NCBI GenBank assembly: GCA_964534375.1
Contig: CAZHPN010000033.1
Coordinates: forward strand, 1 to 41,196
Reading direction: 5' to 3'
Origin: an uncultured bacterium
GTDB lineage: Bacteria; Lernaellota; Lernaellaia; Lernaellales; Lernaellaceae
DNA: 41,196 nucleotides
The translations under genes were made by a program, and so were the position numbers. Below are positions 17,801 to 24,730 of the stretch, in pieces. Every line of letters starts with the position of its first letter. The stretch's first letter is position 1. Under the pieces are notes generated by a model. That model had not been told where the DNA came from and searched no databases. It saw nothing but the letters and a program-made list of their open reading frames with translations.

Positions 17801-20243
17801 TGCGGTATTCGGCGGCGTACGGCCGCGGATCGTGCGGATCCAGCGCCGCCTCGACCTTGGCCCACAGCGGCGCCAGGTCTTCCGGGTGGATAATATTCGC
17901 GAGAATTTCGTCGTTCAGCCGCTCGTAGCCGCGGACGCCGAAAATTTCTTTGTAAACGTCGTCCCAGTAGGCCATGCGCGTGAGCGGATCGTATCGCCAC
18001 CAGCCAAGATGCGCGGCGTCGAGCGCGAGTTGGCGCAATTCGACAGCGCGCTTGACCTCTTCCTCGGCGCGTTTGCGTTCGGTGATGTCGCGGTTGCTGC
18101 CGCGCGCGCCCAAATATTCCCCGTTCTCGCCGAACACGGGCTGGCAAACGTGGGCGATCCAGCGCTCGCTGCCATCCGGCCGTACGATGCGGAATTCCAC
18201 ATCGCCGGGCCGTTGCCGGTGGGTTTCTTCGGCCTGATGGCGTTGGAACGCGGGAAGGTCGTCCGGGTGAATCGTGCGGAACCACAGCTCGGGGTCGGCG
18301 AAAAACTCGGCCGGCTTGCGGCCGTACACGCTTTCGCAGGCCGGCGAAACGTACAGAAACTTTCCTTGCGGATCGAGCCAAAATTCGAAATCGAACGTGT
18401 GTTCGGCGACCGTGCGGTAGCGGAATTCCGCGTCGCGCAACGCCTCCTGAGCGCGTCGTTTCTCCGCCACGTCGTGAAAGACGACCACCACACCGATTAA
18501 CGAGCCGTCCGCGTCCCGGATCGGCGCCGCGCTGTCCTCAATGGGGATTTCGCGGCCGTCGCGGGCCAGAAGCGCCGTGTGGTTGGCCAATTGGACGATT
18601 TGCCCCTCGCGCAGGACCCGCGCGACGATGTCCTCCGCCGGTTGGCGCGTCTGCTCGTTGATGACGCGGAACAATTCGCCGATCGGCTTCCCCGCGGCCT
18701 CTTCCGGCGACCAGCCGGTCAAGGCCGCGGCCACCGGGTTCAGGAACACGACGCGGCCGTCGGCGTCCGCGGCCAGGACGGCGTCGCCGATGCTGGTCAG
18801 CGTCACGCGCAGTCGCTCTTCGCTGGCGCGCAACGCTTCCTGCGCGCGCCGCTTCTGCGTCACATCGTGAAATACAAGCACCACGCCGGCGATCTTGCCG
18901 TCGCCGTCTTTGATCGGCGCCGCGCTGTCCTCGATGGGGATCTCGCGATCGTCCGCCGTGACCAGCGCCGTGTGGTTCGCGAGCAGCACGACGCTGCCCT
19001 GGCGCAGCACGCGCGCGACGATGTCATCGGCCGGTTGGCGGGTCTGCTCGTTGATGATGCGGAAGATTTCCTGCACGGGCCGGCCTTGCGCCTCGTGCAG
19101 CCGCAACCCGGTGAGCGATTCCGCCACCGGATTGATGAAGGAAATTGCGCCCTGCGCATCGGTGGCGATGACCGCGTCGCCGATGCTCGCCAGGGTCGTC
19201 GCCCAGCGCTGCTCCTCCTGCACGTGGGCCACGTCCGTCGCTTCGGCCCACAGCGCGCGGCGCAGGCGCTCGATCACGAGGCACAGGCAAATATTGGTGG
19301 CGATGAAAGTCGCCAGCGCGAGCACATCGTTGGGGGCCGAAATGCGAAAAGTCCCAACCGGCTCGAAGACCCAATAATCGGTCGCCACCGCCGCCAGAAC
19401 GGTCGCCGCGATGCCGGGGCCGCCGCCGGCGACGGTCGCCACCAACAGCACCGCCGGGTAGACGGTGACGAACGCCGGCAGCGGGCCGAAATAGCGGACC
19501 AACCAGAGGCGCAAGCCGACGCCGATCGCCGCCGCGGCCGCGGCGAAAAGGTATTGCCAGGCGATGGTTCCCCAATTGCGGCCCGGGCGGGCGGGCTGCG
19601 CGCCGGGCCCGCCGAACCGCGTCCGGCGCATCACGACAATCGCGAAAACGGCCAGGATCAAGAGCGCGACCGGCGTCACGACGGCCGTGGTGAACAGCGT
19701 GCGTTTTGTCGCGATAGCGGCGGCGGCATTGCGCGCCGCGAGCTGTTCCCGATCGCGCGTTTCCATCTCCGCGACCACGCCGCGGATTTCATCCATGATC
19801 TGTTTGCCGCGATCGGTGCGAATCACGGCCAGGGCGGCGTCGAGCCCCGACTGCCGCCGCAGCGCAATGGTCTCGCGCAATACGGCGAGCTTGGCGTCGG
19901 CCAGATCGCGAACCCGGTGCAGGTCCGCCCGCTGGGCCGCGTCATTGCTGACCAGATTCTGCAACGAATCGAGTTCGCGCGGCAGCCGGCCGCCGGCGTC
20001 ATTGAAGGGCTCCAGGTATCGCTCTTCGCCGGTCAGGACGAAGCCGCGCTCACCGGTTTCGGCGTCCTTGAGCACGGAAAGAACGAGTTCCAGCTTCTCC
20101 ATGATCTGATGCGAACGCACGACGTCGCGATTGGCGGCGAGCAGGCGTTGCGAACTGAGGTACGAAGTGACGCTGACGGCCGACAGGAGCGCCAACACGA
20201 GGACGAAAGTGACGCCGAACGTTTTGACTCTGGCCATACTCAT
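14826..20243 (-). CDS. Large membrane hybrid histidine kinase: CHASE3-TM(DUF4118-like)-multiple PAS-Cys-rich GAF-HisKA_3-HATPase-REC
   Basis: DAETGERGFVLTG..YLEPF and GKQIMDEIR (CHASE3), TM block, about 7 PAS/PAC, LHDHLQQ H-box, ELLFNVAKHAG, C-terminal REC. Confidence 0.93.
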   Translation of the reverse strand: MSMARVKTFGVTFVLVLALLSAVSVTSYLSSQRLLAANRDVVRSHQIMEKLELVLSVLKDAETGERGFVLTGEERYLEPFNDAGGRLPRELDSLQNLVSNDAAQRADLHRVRDLADAKLAVLRETIALRRQSGLDAALAVIRTDRGKQIMDEIRGVVAEMETRDREQLAARNAAAAIATKRTLFTTAVVTPVALLILAVFAIVVMRRTRFGGPGAQPARPGRNWGTIAWQYLFAAAAAAIGVGLRLWLVRYFGPLPAFVTVYPAVLLVATVAGGGPGIAATVLAAVATDYWVFEPVGTFRISAPNDVLALATFIATNICLCLVIERLRRALWAEATDVAHVQEEQRWATTLASIGDAVIATDAQGAISFINPVAESLTGLRLHEAQGRPVQEIFRIINEQTRQPADDIVARVLRQGSVVLLANHTALVTADDREIPIEDSAAPIKDGDGKIAGVVLVFHDVTQKRRAQEALRASEERLRVTLTSIGDAVLAADADGRVVFLNPVAAALTGWSPEEAAGKPIGELFRVINEQTRQPAEDIVARVLREGQIVQLANHTALLARDGREIPIEDSAAPIRDADGSLIGVVVVFHDVAEKRRAQEALRDAEFRYRTVAEHTFDFEFWLDPQGKFLYVSPACESVYGRKPAEFFADPELWFRTIHPDDLPAFQRHQAEETHRQRPGDVEFRIVRPDGSERWIAHVCQPVFGENGEYLGARGSNRDITERKRAEEEVKRAVELRQLALDAAHLGWWRYDPLTRMAYWDDVYKEIFGVRGYERLNDEILANIIHPEDLAPLWAKVEAALDPHDPRPYAAEYRIRRPDGAVRWIEAHGVASFAGEGAGRRATSFVGTVQDITDSKLAADALRASEERFRLALTPAPVIVSTLDRELRYTWTYNQQTRRTDEVIGKTDFDLFPNEADELTAAKRLVLAGETVRQNLWLTSAGQRIYLDLYMEPLRDAAGAVAGIGIAAVNRTELKLAEEETQRLMAAVQAEKERLSALVNSIGDEVWFADSHKQFTLANPAAVREFGAGVAGGIDVEKFAASLEVLRPDGTPRPVEETPPLRALAGEIIRGQEEIVRTPATGELRHREVNAAPVRDGAGNIIGSVSIVRDITERKRAAEQIEDLSRFPEENPQPVCRLADDGRILYCNDASQEMLRHWGVPAAGRQVPEALRRMVAETLAAGQPMAHEIDLPGRSYSVLLAPVPERGYVNLYARDITDQKRAEAERETAAEFLRLINASKSTSELIRAATEFFRQKSGCEAVGIRLRREHDYPYYETKGFPPEHVLLENNLCSCDENGQPILDSLGDPVLECMCGNVICGRFDPAQPFFTANGDFWSNNTSRLLATTTDADRQARTRNRCNGEGYESVALLGLRAGGRTLGLLQLNDKQTGRFSPEIIALWERLADYLAVALSKFAAEDELRDVNVSLEQRVRERTAELQRRATQLRALAAELGQAEDRERKRLATLLHDHLQQLLVAAKFSASSLRHRLTAPDLNAEAARVLDLLGQSIDASRSLTAELSPPILHDRGLGAGLLWLARWMHEKHGLTVEVAAPDEPFDLPDDLRLMAFQAVRELLFNVAKHAGVTSARVTMTHDDGRNLTVVVADQGKGFDAAALAAGNTPGSFGLFNIRERLASIDGGLEIESAPGAGTRIVLTAPIAPLPAPPLSPAVSAATAHEPAPAAAGAIRVLVADDHTVVRKGLVELLRKEPSLAVVGEAADGRQALDLARLLNPDVVLMDVSMPVMSGIDATRVLLAEMPSVRVIGLSMHAQADMAAQMRAAGAVRYLVKDGPMEDLLKAIRDAAQ

Positions 20244-20376
20244 CTCCGGGTCATCAACTGAAGACCCCTCGCCCCGGGAAGGCCGCCCTGATGCCCGGTG
20301 AAGGCTCGGAAAAGGCGACCGTTGGCCACATTGCTACGCGAGCGGGGCGGGGCTGTCAAGACAACGGGCGGCCGGT

Positions 20377-20467
20377 CAGTGGTCAGTCGCCAGTGGCCGG
20401 TGGTCAGTGGGCAGTGAACAGTGAGCAGGGAGCAGCGAACAGCGAACAGCGAACAGCGAATAGTGCG
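20377..20467. repeat. 13-unit 7-mer array (CAGTGGT grading to CAGCGAA)
   Basis: Continuous 7-nt period; (CAGCGAA)x4 is complementary to the 14801-14831 array. Confidence 0.85.
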
Positions 20468-20821
20468 CAATCGGGAGCAAGGCGACCCGCGTGTGGCGCA
20501 GGCGCCCTCGCCTGTGCGGGCGCCGTTGCGGCGCATGCCTGCCGGTTCATTTCGCGGGGTTGTCGATGGGTTTCCAGCGGAATGCGGAGGACACCGGAGT
20601 GGGCTGACGCCGGTTCTCGAACCGCCGCATCGCTGCCCGGCGTCGCAAAAAAAGCCGCTTGCATTTATCAAGCAACGTGACGAAAATAAACACATCTCAA
20701 CGTGGATTTGACATCCGTGGCTGCGGTTGGACGCCGTTCTTTCGATTGCACTAATCCGAGCGGTCCGCTTGCGCCGATGGTCAGGCGGAGCCTCGGTTGA
20801 ACGAAGGCGGAGGATACGACA

Positions 20822-21790
20822 ATGAACGCCAAAATCGGGTTTTTGGTCGTCGGAATCACGCTGCTGGCCGCGTTTGGCTTCGCTTGGGCTGACCCGGACA
20901 GCCAAACCGGCGGAGCGGCGGAGCCGCTAGCCGCGGCGCCGTTGGCGCCGCCTCCGGGCGGCGACGGCCCGGCGCAGAACCCGGGCGACGCGCCGCCCGC
21001 CGAGGCGGCCGCCGCGCCCCCGAGTGCGCCGCCGTCGACGGACCCCGGCGCCGCTTTGCCGTCGGACCCCTCGTATCTATTCGTCGACCCCGCCCCGGCC
21101 CCCGGAGACCCCTGGTTCACCGGTTACGGCGGCGGCCCGGCGTATTACCCGGTTTACGAGCCGGTTTACTATTACGGGCCGGGTTTCTGGGCCCCCTGGT
21201 GGGATTGGTACGTGCCCCGCGTCGCCTGGGACTATTTCCCCGCCTATTATTGGCCGGACTGCGGACGCGGCTATGGCTATGCCGGGTATCCGGGATACGG
21301 CTACTCCGGATACGGCGGCAACGAGAATGTTGCGGGCGTTGTGAACAACTATTACGTCAACAACAATTACGGGTCCGGCAGCCAAGGCGCCGCGGGCGCG
21401 GGCCCGGCAGGACAGGGGATGGTGCGGCCGGGCGTCGGCGCCGGCGGCGAACCCGGCGAGCCCGCCCGCGGGGTGGCCGGAAATCCGGCCGGGACGAGAC
21501 TCGGCGTTGTGCCGGGCCAACAGAATCTCGCCAAGACGCCGGCCAATGGCGCGCCCGCAAAAAATGCAGCGATCGGGAAAGCCGTGAAACCGGCGGCGGC
21601 GGTCAACCGCACCGTGGTGAATGCGCCGCAGCGGCCTGCGGCCCCTGCCGCGTATCGCCCGAACAACGCCCCGCCCCGGCCGCCCGTGCACCCCGCGGCG
21701 AACCGCGGCATGCAAAACAACGCTCCTCGTGGCGCAGCCGCCGCGCCGCCGGTGCACAAGCGGACGACGCCGACCCCCGCCGGGAAATAG
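20822..21790 (+). CDS. Secreted Pro/Gly/Tyr-rich low-complexity protein
   Basis: Sec signal (AWA-D), Pro-Ala stretch, YYP/WW aromatic core, basic Pro-rich tail; GGAGG RBS. Confidence 0.75.
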   Translation: MNAKIGFLVVGITLLAAFGFAWADPDSQTGGAAEPLAAAPLAPPPGGDGPAQNPGDAPPAEAAAAPPSAPPSTDPGAALPSDPSYLFVDPAPAPGDPWFTGYGGGPAYYPVYEPVYYYGPGFWAPWWDWYVPRVAWDYFPAYYWPDCGRGYGYAGYPGYGYSGYGGNENVAGVVNNYYVNNNYGSGSQGAAGAGPAGQGMVRPGVGAGGEPGEPARGVAGNPAGTRLGVVPGQQNLAKTPANGAPAKNAAIGKAVKPAAAVNRTVVNAPQRPAAPAAYRPNNAPPRPPVHPAANRGMQNNAPRGAAAAPPVHKRTTPTPAGK

Positions 21791-21855
21791 GGCGGGACCG
21801 CACAGCCTCTTCCAATCCGCTCAGAAACTCGCGGGCTCGGCGAGGCCGCGCGACG

Positions 21856-22275
21856 TCACAGCCGCGCCCGGCCGCGAATGGCGGCGATAACGTCGTCGGC
21901 CGGGCCGTCCATTTCGAGGTACGCGACGGCGCCGGCGGCGCGCATGTCGTCGCCCACGTCGGCGCGGCTGTGCATGGAAAGCCCGATGATCGGCACATGC
22001 GGCATTTGCGCGGCGATGAGCTTGGTGGCCGCGATGCCGTTCATTCGCGGCATGTTGACGTCCATCAAGATGACATCCGGATTCAACAGGCGAATCTGGT
22101 CGAGCGCTTGCTGCCCGTCGCCGGCCTGGCCGACGACCTCGATGTCGCGCTCTTGTTCGAGACGCCGCGACAAGGCCTGGCGCACCACCGCCGAATCGTC
22201 CACTAGAAGGACGCGGATGCGCGGCGAGCCGCAAACGCGTTTGGACATACCCTGATTTTGCTGCTGCTCCTGCAT
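21856..22275 (-). CDS. Stand-alone NarL-type receiver domain protein (conserved Lys replaced)
   Basis: RVLLVDD, PDVILMDVNMPRMNG, IGLSMH; YLEMDGP instead of YLxKDGP. Confidence 0.85.
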   Translation of the reverse strand: MQEQQQNQGMSKRVCGSPRIRVLLVDDSAVVRQALSRRLEQERDIEVVGQAGDGQQALDQIRLLNPDVILMDVNMPRMNGIAATKLIAAQMPHVPIIGLSMHSRADVGDDMRAAGAVAYLEMDGPADDVIAAIRGRARL

Positions 22276-22594
22276 AAAATTCCCCCTGCCAAAGCCTGCG
22301 AATTCTTGCAACTACAATCAGAACTTATATCGCCGCCGCGGACGGCGCAGTCGGGGATTTCCCGGTATTGCCGGGCGAATTCCCGCGCGCCGCGCCCGCT
22401 TTTCGCGACTTGGGGTTTTTTGCGCGCCGGCGCGGGGGACGCCCCGATACACGCTCCGCCGCCGCATGCCTACGGTTGATTTGGGTGGCGCTTTCGGTCG
22501 AAATTTCAGCAATTCGTCAGGCAGGCGGGCGGCCGCACGCGCAACACTCGCAAAACGTAAATTATGACATCATTTCGGAAACGGAGGGGGACAA

Positions 22595-22840
22595 ATGGAC
22601 GTGCCGCACGAACAAACACAGCGTGATCTCGATGGAAAATCGGCGAAAACAATGACTTGCCCCGTTTGCAAGGGCGCCGGCGTCATCCGGCTGGCGACCG
22701 CGGAGGCGTTGCGCTGGAACGAACGCCCGATCTTGCGGCCCGAGCACCGGCCCGGATTCGTCGACCAACCGTGCTGGGCGTGCGACGGCGACGCGCGGCT
22801 GCCGGTCGTCGACTACGTGCCGCGCGTACCGACGTCGTAA
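22595..22840 (+). CDS. Small zinc-ribbon protein (two CxxCxG motifs)
   Basis: CPVCKGAG and CWACDGD; strong GGAGGGGG RBS. Confidence 0.7.
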   Translation: MDVPHEQTQRDLDGKSAKTMTCPVCKGAGVIRLATAEALRWNERPILRPEHRPGFVDQPCWACDGDARLPVVDYVPRVPTS

Positions 22841-22888
22841 GTCGGCGTCGCCCCGCGACGTGACCGTTTTTTAAGCAGCCGAATCACA

Positions 22889-23031
22889 TGTAAGAGCACC
22901 CCCCGCCTTCGCGGGGGGTCTCTTCTGGGTGCGATCCGTTAGATCGCGCCTGGAAAGGCGCCAAATCGTCTGTAAGAGCACCCTTCTGGGTGCGATCCGT
23001 TAGATCGCGCCTGGAAAGGCGCTCTTACAGA
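22889..23031. repeat. Duplicated structured intergenic element (40-bp exact direct repeat; second unit folds as a 4-way junction)
   Basis: CTTCTGGGTGCGATCCGTTAGATCGCGCCTGGAAAGGCGC at 22922-22961 and 22983-23022; TCTGTAAGAGC/GCTCTTACAGA closing stem. Confidence 0.85.
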
Positions 23032-23087
23032 GGAAAGAAATCGCTCCTGGATATGCGCTCGTAAAAGAACAAGTGGATCAATCCGCG

Positions 23088-23519
23088 TTAGAAAAACATG
23101 TGCGGCACGTGGGCGTGCCCGGCGCCGGCGCGCACGGCGGCGACAATCGCCTCCACCGGTCCGTCTTTGACCAGGTAGGCCATGGCGCCCGCGTCGCGCA
23201 TCGCCCGGGCCATGTCGGCCCGGTTGTGCATCGAAAGGCCGACCACGGCTACCCGCGGCATTTCCGCCCGGATCGCGCGCGTCGCATCCAGCCCGTTCAT
23301 CCGCGGCATCGTCACATCCATAATGACCACGTCCGGTTGGAGCAGGCGCGCCTGCTCGATAGCTTGCTGGCCGTCCGCCGCTTCGCCGATCACCTCCATA
23401 TCGAGCTCTTTATCGATCAGCGCCGACAACGTTTGACGCACAATCGCGTGGTCGTCGGCGACCAGGACGCGAATGCGCCAAGAATCGCGATCCATCGCGA
23501 CCGGATTTTGCGCGGGCAT
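23088..23519 (-). CDS. Stand-alone NarL-type receiver domain protein
   Basis: [44 protein letters not shown]. Confidence 0.88.
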   Translation of the reverse strand: MPAQNPVAMDRDSWRIRVLVADDHAIVRQTLSALIDKELDMEVIGEAADGQQAIEQARLLQPDVVIMDVTMPRMNGLDATRAIRAEMPRVAVVGLSMHNRADMARAMRDAGAMAYLVKDGPVEAIVAAVRAGAGHAHVPHMFF

Positions 23520-23711
23520 GACGACTCCTTTCCAAGCGCCGCTTTCCCCCAATTTTCCTTGACAAAGAATAAGTCGAAGCCCCTCGAAGAAGCGATAAGG
23601 AAATACCTGAATCCGCGAGGGAAAAACCCTTATGGGGAAGAGCGCGCTTGACGCAGTGCGCAATAAGAAAACGCCGGAACCGCGCCGGGCGCCGTCAACC
23701 GCACGGCGGCG

Positions 23712-24671
23712 TCAACAGGGGTCGTCCGCGCAGACTTTTCCGTAGTGCCACGTGCCGGCGTCGGCGAGGCAATCGGCCTCGCGATAGTTGGCGCACCCGC
23801 CGCCTTTCAGGCAGCACGCGGCCGGGCATGGGTCGCTCCCGCAGGAGAAATCGACGAGAAACACGCCGCTGGCGGCCAAACACGCGGCTTCCTCGAGTTC
23901 CGCGCACGTGCCGTCGCTGTCGCAACAAGCGGGGACCAGATCGTCGTTGTCGTTGTCGTCGTTGTCGTTGTCGTCGTCGCACGCTTGCTCCGCGCAGTTT
24001 TGGCCGGGATACCACGTGCCGAACGAGGCGCAGTCCGTTTGCGAGTCGAAATAGCAGCCGTTGCTCTGCGAGCAGCAGGCGGACGGGCATGGATACGGGC
24101 TGTCTGTGCACTGCGCGCTGTCTAGAAACGTGCCGCCGGCGGCGGCGCACTCCGGGTAGCCGATGTCGTGGCAACTGGCGTCGTTGAAGCAGCAGGCGCC
24201 GCGGCAATAATTCGTCGTCTCGCAGGTCGACCCGTAGAGCCAGTAGCCGTTGTTGTACGTGCACTGGCTTTGCGAATCGTTCTGACAACTGCCGCCGCTG
24301 CCGCAACAGGCGGCGAGCGTCGTGTCGTCATCGTTGTCGTCGTCATCGTCGTTATCGTCGTCGTTGTCGTCATCGTTATCGTCGTTGTCGTCGTCATCGT
24401 CGCCGCCGCACGGCTCGGACGCGCAGAAGAGCGTTGGGAACCAGGCGCCTTTGTCCGCAGCGCATTCGCCCGCGGACTCGTCGACGCACGCGCCGTTCGG
24501 TTGGCAGCAGGCATGGTCGCCGCCCGGCGACGCATCGTCGTTGTCGTCATCGTCGGTCGCGCTCGGGGAGTGGCCGCCGCTGCTGCTGCTGGCGTGAGAA
24601 CCGCAGGCCATCGCGCTTGCCAAAACCGCCATCGTCAACAGCAGCAACCAGAACGAAGTGCAGTGTTTCAT
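23712..24671 (-). CDS. Lipoprotein with six ACC-type 6-Cys repeats and Asp/Asn linkers
   Basis: MKH..AMA-C lipobox; six ~36-aa ACC-x4/5-C-x7-C-x12-C-x4/6-C units; GGAGG RBS. Confidence 0.85.
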   Translation of the reverse strand: MKHCTSFWLLLLTMAVLASAMACGSHASSSSGGHSPSATDDDDNDDASPGGDHACCQPNGACVDESAGECAADKGAWFPTLFCASEPCGGDDDDDNDDNDDDNDDDNDDDDDNDDDTTLAACCGSGGSCQNDSQSQCTYNNGYWLYGSTCETTNYCRGACCFNDASCHDIGYPECAAAGGTFLDSAQCTDSPYPCPSACCSQSNGCYFDSQTDCASFGTWYPGQNCAEQACDDDNDNDDNDNDDLVPACCDSDGTCAELEEAACLAASGVFLVDFSCGSDPCPAACCLKGGGCANYREADCLADAGTWHYGKVCADDPC

Positions 24672-24730
24672 CGCTAATCCTCCGTTGCCACGCGCCGCAG
24701 CATCCCCCGCGCGCCGTTCGGCGCTTGTTG

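Noticed and set aside
22922..23022. CRISPR array
   Set aside because: Only two 40-bp copies with a 21-bp spacer that itself repeats upstream sequence; no cas genes
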